From Acidimicrobiaceae bacterium (lineage in GTDB: Bacteria > Actinomycetota > Acidimicrobiia > Acidimicrobiales > Aldehydirespiratoraceae): 64,000 bases of DNA. Both the position numbers and the translations under genes were made by a program. The notes beneath the pieces are model-generated. The model made no database searches. It had not been told where the DNA came from and was given only the letters and a program-made list of their open reading frames with translations. How positions within the stretch are numbered: the stretch's first letter is position 1; each line of letters opens with the position of its first letter. Shown one piece after another: positions 19,770 to 27,894 of this stretch. The stretch covers positions 16,505 to 80,504 of the forward strand of contig VYFQ01000016.1 of NCBI GenBank assembly GCA_009842325.1. Direction: 5' to 3'.

Positions 19770-19900
19770 CCTGCCTGCCCGGCGGGTGGCCGCCGGCGGT
19801 CGCTTGCTCGCACGGGCTTCGCCCTACTCACTCGCAAGTCGACCACCGCCGTCTCCCGCCTCGCCGCACACCCCCGGGCCGGAAGGCCAAGCCTTGAGTG

Positions 19901-20596
19901 CTAATTCTGCAGGCTGTTGAGCCAGTCGATGACGTGGTCCAGGGGGGCCACGTCGGCGTACTTCATGTGCAGGTCGAGCAGGTTGACCTTGTGGGAAATC
20001 TGGCTGCGGTCGGCGACGCACTCGAAGGGGATGACCACGTCGAAGTTGTACTGGAAGGCGTCCACCGCGGTGGCCCGCACGCAGCCGCTGGTGGTCAGCC
20101 CGGTGACCACCACCGTGTCCACCCTGTCGTAGACCAGCAGGGCGGCCAGTTCGGTGCCGAAGAACCCGCTCGGCTTGTGGCTCTTGCAGATCACCAGCTC
20201 GTCCGGCTTGGGAGCCAGCTCGTCCACGATCACGTCGCCCGGGGGCAGATCCTCCGCGGGCGGGCGGCGGCCCACCGTCTTCCAGCGTCCCTTCTGGCCC
20301 GGGAAGGGAACGTGGCCCGGATCGGCGTAGAGCTTGGTGAAGTACACCGGGTAGCCGAGCCGGCGGAACTCGTCCAGCAGCCGGGCGTTGGCGTCCACTG
20401 CGGGCCATGCCGTCTCGGGGCAGCCGGTGGGCCAGCGGCCGTCCACGAAGGCCAGCGTCATGTCGACCACGACCAGCGCCGGCGAGGTGCCCGCGCTGAT
20501 GGCCCGGAACTCGTCGCCGCTGAACGTGTCGCCATATCCGGCCGCTAGGTACCGGGCCGTGTCGTCGGGGGGTATGGCGTCGTGCCAGGGGTACAT
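19901..20596 (-). CDS. isochorismatase-family cysteine hydrolase (amidase-like)
   Basis: Asp-Lys-Cys pattern: ALVVVDM, KSHKPSGFFGT, VVVTGLTTSGCVRATAVDA. Confidence 0.85.
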   Translation of the reverse strand: MYPWHDAIPPDDTARYLAAGYGDTFSGDEFRAISAGTSPALVVVDMTLAFVDGRWPTGCPETAWPAVDANARLLDEFRRLGYPVYFTKLYADPGHVPFPGQKGRWKTVGRRPPAEDLPPGDVIVDELAPKPDELVICKSHKPSGFFGTELAALLVYDRVDTVVVTGLTTSGCVRATAVDAFQYNFDVVIPFECVADRSQISHKVNLLDLHMKYADVAPLDHVIDWLNSLQN

Positions 20597-20626
20597 GCCG
20601 GCGTTGGAGAGTTAGAGAGAAGCCCA

Positions 20627-20667
20627 CGAGGGAGCACGACCGGTCCTCATCGGGTCGTGCTCCCTCG
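20627..20667 (-). terminator. intrinsic-terminator-like hairpin after the binding-protein gene
   Basis: Perfect 15-bp inverted repeat CGAGGGAGCACGACC / GGTCGTGCTCCCTCG with an 11-nt loop. It lies 31 nt downstream of the stop at 20698. On the minus strand it is followed by a CUUCUCUCU-containing tract. Confidence 0.6.
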
Positions 20668-20697
20668 CAGGTGGAGGGGACCGTTAGGCCTCGACGA

Positions 20698-22587
20698 TCA
20701 GCTCAGCGTCATGTCCTCCACGCGAGCCGTGTCGTCGTAGCGCGGGATCCAACTGAGGTTCTCGGCGCCGCCGTTCACGCTCAGGTAGGTGAGGAGCGGG
20801 AGGATGCCGACGTTGTCGCAGTTGTACTTCATGATCTCGTGGTACTGGGCCTCGCGGGTGGGTTCGTCGAGCTCGCTGGCAGCCGCCTCGAGCATGCCGA
20901 CCAGGACAGGATCGTCGTAGGACGATGTCACGTTGTCACGGCCGATGTAGGAGCCCAGCCGGGCGCCGTCCTGGAGCTCGTTGGAGGAGGACGACAAGAA
21001 AATGTCGCCGCCGACCTCGCCGATCGGCTTGAGGAACTCGTCGAAGAGCCAGACCTCCCAGGCCAGCAGCTGGAAGTCGATGTTCAGCCCGACGGCTGCC
21101 ATGTCGGCCGCGATGGCCTCGGAGAGCTCGTCGAACTTGGTCCAGCGGGTGCCGTTGGCCAGGAACGAGATCTCCTCGCCCTGATAGCCGGAGTCGGCGA
21201 TGATCTGGCGGGCCAGGTCCGGATCGTAGGGCCGGTCGTTGATGTTGGGATTGTGGCCGAACACGCCCGAGCCGAAGATGTGGCAGTGGGCCCGGCCGGC
21301 CTGGCCCTCGTAGATGAACTCGACGTAGTCGTCCACGTTGAGGGCGTGGGCGATGGCTACCCGCAACTCGGGATAGTCGCCAAGGGGTCCCTCGTAGTTC
21401 TTCAGCCGCAGGTACGGGTACTCGATGCCCTCGTCGCGTACGAACAGCTTGGGCATCTCACCAGCCGAGTCGGCTGAGAGGCCGACGGCCAGGTCAACGT
21501 CTCCGGCCTGCACGGCCGTCACCCGGGACTGCTCATCGGGCAGGAACACGAACGTCACGTCGTCGATCTGCGGCTCGGGGCCCCAGTAGTCGGTGTTGCG
21601 GGTGAGCGTCAGGGAGTCGCCGGCAATCCACTCGACGAACTTGTAGGGGCCGGTGCCGACCGCTTCGTCCTCGAGGCCGTCGGCGGCCGCTCCGGGCTCG
21701 ACCATCTGCACCATGTACAGCCGGGCCGGCAGCACCGGGTCGGGTCCGTCGGTATTGATGCGGATGGTGTAGTCGTCGACGACATCCACGCCGGTGATCT
21801 TCTCGACCTGTTCCTTGAGGTCGGAGTCAATCTCGCCGTGGATGATGCGCTCGATCGAGTACTTGGCCGCGGCGGCGTTGAAGGGGGCGCCGTTGTGGAA
21901 GTTGATGTCCCGGCGCAGCTTGAGCTCCCAGGTGGTCTCGTCGACCAGCCTCGGCAGCGACGCGGCCAGCCTCGGCACGAAGATCGACGGGTTCACGAGG
22001 TCGCGCTCGAGGAGCCGCTCGTACACGTTCTCCATGGTGCGGCGCATCTCGCCGTCCTGGTAGTGGGGATCGATCCGGCCGGGACCCTCGAGGATGGCGA
22101 TGGTGATCGACTCGGGCGCCTCGGCGGCCATCATGGCCGCGTCAGCGGCAGCCGCGGCCTCCTCGGCCTCGGCAGCAGCGGCGTCGGCCTCAGCCTCGGC
22201 GGCAGCAGCAGCCTCGTCAGCAGCCGCAGCGGCCGCGGCAGCCTCAGCCTCAGCCTCCTGGGCGGCGGCCAACTCGGCTTGCAGCGCTGCGAGTTCGTCG
22301 GCACTGGCAGCCCCTTCGGCCTCTGCAGCAGCCAGAGCAGCCGCGGCCTCCTCGGCCTCGGCGGCCGCGGCAGCGGCCTCGGCAGCGGCGGCGTCAGCCT
22401 CCGCCTGCGCCGCGGCGGCCTCCGACTCGGCAGCGGCGGCCGCAGACTCTGCCTCGGCAAGCGCGGCGGCGTCTGCCGCGCTGGTATCCGGAGCCGCCGG
22501 TTCGTCGTCGCCGCACGCGGCCGCAACGAGAGTAAAGACGAACAGCGCAGCCATGAGCCGCTGCATGAACGTGAACTTCTTCAACAT
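20698..22587 (-). CDS. ABC transporter substrate-binding lipoprotein, family 5 (peptide/opine/nickel), with long Ala/Glu-rich stalk
   Basis: Signal peptide plus lipobox (FTLVAAAC). An Ala/Glu low-complexity segment of about 125 aa follows. Then comes a family-5 SBP core (ITIAILEGPGRIDPHY ... VGTGPYKFVEW ...). Confidence 0.85.
   Translation of the reverse strand: MLKKFTFMQRLMAALFVFTLVAAACGDDEPAAPDTSAADAAALAEAESAAAAAESEAAAAQAEADAAAAEAAAAAAEAEEAAAALAAAEAEGAASADELAALQAELAAAQEAEAEAAAAAAAADEAAAAAEAEADAAAAEAEEAAAAADAAMMAAEAPESITIAILEGPGRIDPHYQDGEMRRTMENVYERLLERDLVNPSIFVPRLAASLPRLVDETTWELKLRRDINFHNGAPFNAAAAKYSIERIIHGEIDSDLKEQVEKITGVDVVDDYTIRINTDGPDPVLPARLYMVQMVEPGAAADGLEDEAVGTGPYKFVEWIAGDSLTLTRNTDYWGPEPQIDDVTFVFLPDEQSRVTAVQAGDVDLAVGLSADSAGEMPKLFVRDEGIEYPYLRLKNYEGPLGDYPELRVAIAHALNVDDYVEFIYEGQAGRAHCHIFGSGVFGHNPNINDRPYDPDLARQIIADSGYQGEEISFLANGTRWTKFDELSEAIAADMAAVGLNIDFQLLAWEVWLFDEFLKPIGEVGGDIFLSSSSNELQDGARLGSYIGRDNVTSSYDDPVLVGMLEAAASELDEPTREAQYHEIMKYNCDNVGILPLLTYLSVNGGAENLSWIPRYDDTARVEDMTLS
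22117..22497 (-). repeat. Ala/Glu-coding low-complexity tract (residues ~31-157 of the binding lipoprotein)
   Basis: The translation is almost entirely A, E, D, S, Q and L (AAEAEADAAAAEAEEAAAAA...). The DNA is GCN/GAR-rich without an exact period. Confidence 0.8.
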
Positions 22588-22659
22588 CTGGAGCTAACCC
22601 CCCAAGTGAATCCGTGGTCGAGGACAGCCGTGGCATTCAGATCCACAGCCGGACCGCTC

Positions 22660-22671
22660 ACGGTATACCGG
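22660..22671. promoter_or_regulatory. GTATAC-core operator candidate (ACGGTATACCGG) upstream of orphan binding-protein gene
   Basis: Near-perfect 12-bp palindrome. It pairs with the second site 32 bp away. Confidence 0.5.
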
Positions 22672-22691
22672 CACGGACAACCCTGCAAATC

Positions 22692-22703
22692 GTTGTATAC
22701 AGC
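22692..22703. promoter_or_regulatory. GTATAC-core operator candidate (GTTGTATACAGC) upstream of orphan binding-protein gene
   Basis: Second site in the 258-bp intergenic region. Confidence 0.5.
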
Positions 22704-22845
22704 GGTTGCGGCCCCCGCTCGGCCTCCAAGAACGTGGGCGTCGGGGCGGGGTATCTCCCGCTCTTGTTCGCTGCGCTCACGGGCCGCTCGGGCCACGGCC
22801 TCGCCCGTATGCAGCGGATTCGCTCACCTACCCGCTCGGCCTCTC

Positions 22846-24006
22846 TCATTCCCGGTTGAAACGAGGCCGGCAGAACAGGGCCGCCGGACCGACCAACGCG
22901 ACCGTGGCCGCCAGCACAGCCGGTCCCAGCCCCACCACCAGCAGGGCGGCCACACCCAGCGGCGCGCCGGACAGGGTGACACCCCGGGCGACCCCCGCGA
23001 TGGTCACCGCGTCGCCCTGAAGCTCGGGACGGACCGCCTCGCTCACCGCGGTGATGGCCAGAACCTGCAACAGGCCGATGGCCGCGCCGCCGGCCACGAG
23101 CGCGGCCGTGATCAGCGCCACGGGCAGTTCGAAGCCCACCAGTGCGGTGGCCACCAGGGTGACGGCGCCCCAGCGGGCCACGCCGGGGGCCACCCGCGAG
23201 CCTTCCGTGTCGACCGCGAGGTAGCCGCTCACCGCGGCCGCGCCGTTGGCCACCGCTACCACCACGCCGATGACGGTCTCGCTGCTGCCGGCCGCGTCGA
23301 GCCCGATGGGCACATAGGAGCCCAGCAGGCCTCGCCAGGCACCGACCGCGACGCTGGCCCAGACGCCCACTCGCACTCCCGGGTTGCGCAGCAGCTGGAG
23401 GTAGCTGTGGCCGCCCACCCGGGCGAACGGGGGCGGGCGCGACAGCGCCAGCGTGGGCGCGATGCCGGCCAGGGCCACCGCGGATGCGACCGCGAACGCG
23501 GCCCGGTACGAGCTCTGGGCAATGATCCCGCCCGCCGCCGGCCCGATCAGCATGCCGATGGTGGCCACCATGTTGAGGGTGGCGATCGCCCTGGAAGTCG
23601 ACCGGGCCGATCGCACGATCTGCACCTGGTTGCCCGTCCAGAAGCAGGCCCGGGCCACACCCTGCACCGCGGCCGAGACGACCAGCGCGACCAGCCCCGA
23701 CTCGAAGACCAGCAACCCGACCGAGAGGCCCAGCAGCACCGCCGCGGCGGTGATGACGTCGGAGTTGGACATGACCCGCATCACCGAGCCGAGCCGCGAC
23801 CGGGTCAGCACCTGCACCGCGGCCGAGAACCCCACCAGCACTCCCGCCACCGTCGGTGACCGGCCCTGATCGATCACGAACAGCGGGTAGGCCACCACCG
23901 TCACGCCCAGGCTCAGCGAGAACAGCAGCGCTCCCGCGTACTGGCCCACTACCTCCCGCCGCGCCGCCGGGTCGGCCGCGCCGCCGGAGGCGGGACCGTC
24001 AGTCAC
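22846..24006 (-). CDS. MFS transporter
   Basis: 386 aa polytopic protein. The start overlaps the upstream ALDH stop by 8 nt. Confidence 0.75.
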   Translation of the reverse strand: MTDGPASGGAADPAARREVVGQYAGALLFSLSLGVTVVAYPLFVIDQGRSPTVAGVLVGFSAAVQVLTRSRLGSVMRVMSNSDVITAAAVLLGLSVGLLVFESGLVALVVSAAVQGVARACFWTGNQVQIVRSARSTSRAIATLNMVATIGMLIGPAAGGIIAQSSYRAAFAVASAVALAGIAPTLALSRPPPFARVGGHSYLQLLRNPGVRVGVWASVAVGAWRGLLGSYVPIGLDAAGSSETVIGVVVAVANGAAAVSGYLAVDTEGSRVAPGVARWGAVTLVATALVGFELPVALITAALVAGGAAIGLLQVLAITAVSEAVRPELQGDAVTIAGVARGVTLSGAPLGVAALLVVGLGPAVLAATVALVGPAALFCRPRFNRE

Positions 24007-25513
24007 GCGCCGGCGTGATGGCGATGCTGATGGCCTTGGAACGGGTGTGGCTCAAGATGTCGTCGACGAGGCCCAGCTCCTTGCCGATGCCCGACTGCTT
24101 CCAGCCTCCGAAGGGCAGGCCCGGGTAGCGCACCTCCACGTCGTTGACCCACACGTAGCCGGCGTCGATGGCCCGGGCCGCGCCGAGCGCCCGGTTCACA
24201 TCGTTGCTCCAGATGCTGGCGGTCAGCCCGTAGGGGGTGTCGTTGGCCATGGCAACGGCGTCGGCCGCCTCGGTGAAGGAAGTCACGGCCAGGACGGGCC
24301 CGAATATCTCCTGTTGGGCGATGGTGGCGCCGTGGTCCACACCGTCGAACACGGCCGGCCGGATGAAGGCGCCCGCGGCGAGCCGCGGATCGGCCGGGGA
24401 CGTGCCACCGGTGAGCAGCCGCCCGCCGTCGACCCTGCCCGCCTCGACGAACCCCAGGATCCGGTCGCGGTGGGCGTGCGACACCATGCAGCCCATGTCA
24501 GACGACGGATCGTCGGGCATGCCGATACGGATCTGCTCGGTCGACTCCACCACCCGCTCGAGCACGGCCTCACGCAGCCCGGCGTGAATGAGGAGCCGGC
24601 TGGTGGCGCCGCAGCTCTGCCCGCCCACCCGGGCGAAGTTCGAGCCCTTCACCACCGCGGCCGCGGCGGTGTCGGGGTCGACGTCGTCGAAGATCAAGAT
24701 GGGGTTCTTGCCGCCCAGCTCCAGGGTGACGCTCTTGAGGACCCCCGACGCGCCGGCGCGGGCCTGCACCGCCAGACCGGTGCGCAGCGAGCCGGTGAAC
24801 GACACCCGGGGCACGTCGGGGTGCCCGACCAGGGCCTCGCCCGCGGCCGCTCCCCCCGGCACCACGTTGAGCACGCCCTCCGGCAGCAGATCGGCGGCCA
24901 GCGAGGCGATCACCAGCGGCGACAACGGAGTCTGCTCGGCCGGCTTGAGCACCACCGAATTGCCCGCGGCCAGCGCGGGCGCGGCCTTCATGCAGGTGAA
25001 GAGGGTGGGATGGTTGTAGGCGCACACCGCCGCGACCACGCCCCACGGAGCGGGCTCGGTGAAGTGCAGCCCGGCGGGCGTGGCCGGGATGGTCCTTCCG
25101 TGGAGTTCGGGGGCCACTCCCGCGATGGTCTGGAGGAACTTGCCGCCCTTGGCCGCGCTGGCCGCCATGGAGGAGACCGCGGTGCCGCCGTCGCGGGCAT
25201 CGAGCAGGCCCAGCCGGGGCGCGGCCTCCGCCACCCGCCGGCCCCACTCGGCCAGCCGGGCGGCCCGCTCGTGGACTCCCATGGCGGCCCACGCCGGCTG
25301 CGACCGGGCCGCGGCCGCCACAGCCCGGTCGACGTCGGCCGCGGACGCCTGATGCACCCGGGCCAGGACCGCACCTGTGGAAGGGCAGACATCGTCGCGC
25401 ATGGCGGCGTCGCCGTCGGCCGATGCCACCGCGCGGCCGCCGATCCACATCGGGACGGCGGCGCCGGCAGACGCTCCGGCCGGCAGGTCGAGCAGGTCTG
25501 TCAGCGCAGACAT
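23999..25513 (-). CDS. aldehyde dehydrogenase family protein
   Basis: Motifs: LKPAEQTP, FTGS, ELGGKNP, catalytic Cys region GGQSCGATSRLLI, EIFGPV. Confidence 0.9.
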   Translation of the reverse strand: MSALTDLLDLPAGASAGAAVPMWIGGRAVASADGDAAMRDDVCPSTGAVLARVHQASAADVDRAVAAAARSQPAWAAMGVHERAARLAEWGRRVAEAAPRLGLLDARDGGTAVSSMAASAAKGGKFLQTIAGVAPELHGRTIPATPAGLHFTEPAPWGVVAAVCAYNHPTLFTCMKAAPALAAGNSVVLKPAEQTPLSPLVIASLAADLLPEGVLNVVPGGAAAGEALVGHPDVPRVSFTGSLRTGLAVQARAGASGVLKSVTLELGGKNPILIFDDVDPDTAAAAVVKGSNFARVGGQSCGATSRLLIHAGLREAVLERVVESTEQIRIGMPDDPSSDMGCMVSHAHRDRILGFVEAGRVDGGRLLTGGTSPADPRLAAGAFIRPAVFDGVDHGATIAQQEIFGPVLAVTSFTEAADAVAMANDTPYGLTASIWSNDVNRALGAARAIDAGYVWVNDVEVRYPGLPFGGWKQSGIGKELGLVDDILSHTRSKAISIAITPARD

Positions 25514-25546
25514 GGTGATGGGCCCGCAACCGGGCCGGCTACAGGC

Positions 25547-26266
25547 TCAGGCCGCGGCCTGGGCGCCGGCCTCGGGGTACCACTGGCGGCCCTCCACGTA
25601 CTGCAGCCACAGCCCGTCCATATAGAACCAGCGCTTCATGGCGGCCAGGCGCACCTGTTCGATCACCGTCCGCTGGTCCCGCTCGTCGACCGAATGGTTG
25701 GTGATGATCTCGAAGCCGGCGTCGCCGTGCTCGACATCGGCCACGACGTGCAGGGTGAAGAACTCGATGTCGGTGTCGGAGAACCCGTAGACGTTGCGCA
25801 GCGGGTCGATCAGCGGCGCGTACAGATCGGGCACCTGCGACTCCAGCCCGATGGTGAGGGTGGCGATGCCCTCCAGCACGCTCTTCATCATCAGCGTGTT
25901 GATGATGAAGTCCTTGAGGGCGGCGGTGGTGGGCAGATCGGGGGCCGACCGCCCCTCCTCGAAGGTCATGCCCAACGCCATGCCGAAGCGGGAGAGCAGA
26001 TCGACGTGGCGCTCGTCGGGATCCTCCTCCTCGTTGAGGTTCTCCAGCAGCAGTTCCCGGGCGTCGTGCCAGTCGCACAGCCCGTACATGATCCCGGAGT
26101 AGCGCGACGCATTGCTGACGAAGTTGAAGTGCTGCTGGCAATAGGCCCTCATGGCCGCGTTGGACAGCTCGCCTGCAGCCCAGGTCTTGAAGAACGGATG
26201 GTTCTTGGAGTGCCACTCGTCGCGGGCGGCCTCCAGGGCCTTGCGGTATTCGACGGGTCCGAGCAT
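25547..26266 (-). CDS. PqqC/TenA/CADD-like (haem-oxygenase-like fold) protein
   Basis: 239 aa. It has HPFFKTWAAGELS, ENLNEEEDPDERHVDLLSRFGMALG and FFTLHVVADVEHGD, a layout typical of PqqC-like iron-containing redox enzyme families. Confidence 0.7.
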   Translation of the reverse strand: MLGPVEYRKALEAARDEWHSKNHPFFKTWAAGELSNAAMRAYCQQHFNFVSNASRYSGIMYGLCDWHDARELLLENLNEEEDPDERHVDLLSRFGMALGMTFEEGRSAPDLPTTAALKDFIINTLMMKSVLEGIATLTIGLESQVPDLYAPLIDPLRNVYGFSDTDIEFFTLHVVADVEHGDAGFEIITNHSVDERDQRTVIEQVRLAAMKRWFYMDGLWLQYVEGRQWYPEAGAQAAA

Positions 26267-26311
26267 GGGAAGCCTCTTTCTGTTGTGAGTTGAGTGATCG
26301 CGGGCGCCGGG

Positions 26312-27766
26312 CTAGGAGCGCATATAGACGGTCTTGGTGCGGGTGAAGAACTCGAGCGACGACTCCCCGCCCTCGGCCCAGCCGGCACCGGAGTGCCCGT
26401 AACCCTCGAAAGGCACATGGAAGGGGACGCCGGTGAGGGGCGAGTTGACCTTGACGGTGCCTGCGTGCGAGCCCTTCCAGAAGCGGCGGGCCACTGCGAT
26501 GTCGCCGGTGACGATGCCGGAGGTGAGGCCGTAGGCGGTGGCGTTGGCCATGGCGACGGCCTCGTCGATGTCGCCAACCGGCTCGTAGGTCACGACCGGA
26601 CCGAAGATCTCCTCGGTAGTCAGCGGACCCGTGGACGGATCCACCAGCAGGGCGGGCGCCACCCGGCCGTCGCGCCAGCCGCCGGGCTCGGGGCGGACCA
26701 CGTCGCGGGCCTGGTGCTCGGCCAGGGACACGTAGTCCTCGACCCGGCCGGCCTCGCCGTCGCTGACCATGATCCCGAGTTCATCGTCGCCGGACGTGTC
26801 GGTCATGGCCTCCAGCCGGGCCGTCAGCACCGCCAGCAGGTCGTCGTAGACGTCGGTGTGCACCAGCAGCCGCCCGGCCGCGGTGCAGATCTGGCCGTTG
26901 TTGCGGAAGCTCGAGGCAACGATGATGTCGGCCGCCTTGTCGAGGTCGGCGTCGGCCCACACCACGATGGTGTTCTTGCCGCCCAGCTCGGCCTGGAACG
27001 GCACCTCCATCCGCAGCCGGCTGCGGATGTCCACCGCGGCCTCGTAGGAGCCGGTGAGGCTCACGCCGTCGAGCTCGGGGGCGGACAGCAGGGCGTCGGT
27101 GATCACCGAGCTCCGGCCGATGGTGGCGTGCAGCAAGCCGGCGGGCACGCCGGCGTCGAGCAGGGTGGCGGCGATCATCAGGCCGGTTATGCCGGCGTTG
27201 GTGGACGGCTTGAAGATCACGGCGTTGCCGGCGGCCAGGGCGGCCGACAGCTTGCGGATGGGGATCGTGAACGGGAAGTTCCAGGGGGTGATGAGGGCCA
27301 CGGTGCCGAGCGGCTCGATAAGGGTGAAGATGTCCTCGTCGAAGTCGGTGGAGTAGGTGGTCCCCAGGCGCCGGTAACCGAGCTCGGCGTAGTAGTCGAG
27401 CACGGCCGCCCCCTTGGCCACCTCGACCCGGGCCTCCGAGGCCGGCTTGCCCATGTCGGCGGAGATGATGGGGGCCAGCTCGTCGGCCCGCTCAAGGAAC
27501 AGCCCGGCGGCACGGTGCAGCACCGCGGCCCGGGCTGCGGGACCCAGCGCGGCCCAGTCCGGCGCCGCTTGGGCGGCCGCCTCGTATGCGGTGCGGACGT
27601 CTTCGGGGCCGGCGCTGCGCATCACGGCCAGCACCCGGCCGTCGCTCCGGCTGACCAGCTTCTGCTCGGGGCCCGAGCCGGGCCGGATGGCGCCGTCGAT
27701 CAGGATGCCGACCTCGTCGGCGTCACCTGTGCCGTCCACGGTGATCCGAGCAGGTACCTGCGTCAT
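26312..27766 (-). CDS. aldehyde dehydrogenase family protein
   Basis: Motifs: FKPSTNAG, LTGS, ELGGKNT, NNGQICTAAGRLLV, EIFGPV. Confidence 0.9.
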   Translation of the reverse strand: MTQVPARITVDGTGDADEVGILIDGAIRPGSGPEQKLVSRSDGRVLAVMRSAGPEDVRTAYEAAAQAAPDWAALGPAARAAVLHRAAGLFLERADELAPIISADMGKPASEARVEVAKGAAVLDYYAELGYRRLGTTYSTDFDEDIFTLIEPLGTVALITPWNFPFTIPIRKLSAALAAGNAVIFKPSTNAGITGLMIAATLLDAGVPAGLLHATIGRSSVITDALLSAPELDGVSLTGSYEAAVDIRSRLRMEVPFQAELGGKNTIVVWADADLDKAADIIVASSFRNNGQICTAAGRLLVHTDVYDDLLAVLTARLEAMTDTSGDDELGIMVSDGEAGRVEDYVSLAEHQARDVVRPEPGGWRDGRVAPALLVDPSTGPLTTEEIFGPVVTYEPVGDIDEAVAMANATAYGLTSGIVTGDIAVARRFWKGSHAGTVKVNSPLTGVPFHVPFEGYGHSGAGWAEGGESSLEFFTRTKTVYMRS

Positions 27767-27826
27767 GGTGTGCCTCCACCAGCGTGCGCATCGCCCGCGA
27801 GGCGGGCGCGCCGCGCACGACCGCGC

Positions 27827-27838
27827 TTTGTATACAGG
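27827..27838. promoter_or_regulatory. GTATAC-core operator candidate (TTTGTATACAGG) in divergent ALDH / MFS promoter region
   Basis: It lies between the ALDH start (27766, minus) and the MFS start (27895, plus). Confidence 0.5.
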
Positions 27839-27840
27839 AC

Positions 27841-27852
27841 GCCGTATACCCT
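27841..27852. promoter_or_regulatory. GTATAC-core operator candidate (GCCGTATACCCT), second site of the pair
   Basis: Its centre is 14 bp from the first site. Confidence 0.4.
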
Positions 27853-27894
27853 AGGCCGACCGGTTCGAGACTTGCCAACGAGAGGACGCTCCAG

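Noticed and set aside
22117-22497. A possible tandem repeat or CRISPR-like array in the GCN-rich tract (also 60823..61323).
   Set aside because: There is no fixed period and no repeat-spacer structure. The tract is in frame within a gene and simply encodes Ala/Glu low complexity.
21838-23859. 673-aa plus-strand ORF antisense to the binding-protein and MFS genes, and the 167-aa Ala/Ser ORF 22094..22597.
   Set aside because: They are Arg/Gly-rich or pure Ala/Ser translations of the antisense of real genes. There is no start context, and the sense-strand genes have clear family signatures.
4279-27849. The GTATAC sites as nothing more than AT-rich -10 boxes, or as a restriction-site avoidance effect that confines the hexamer to non-coding DNA.
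   Set aside because: This is not fully excluded. It is disfavoured because the flanks are conserved and palindromic (two identical 12-mers). GTATAC does not fit TANNNT. The sites also lie at variable distances (15-110 nt) from start codons. It is kept as the alternative hypothesis to test.
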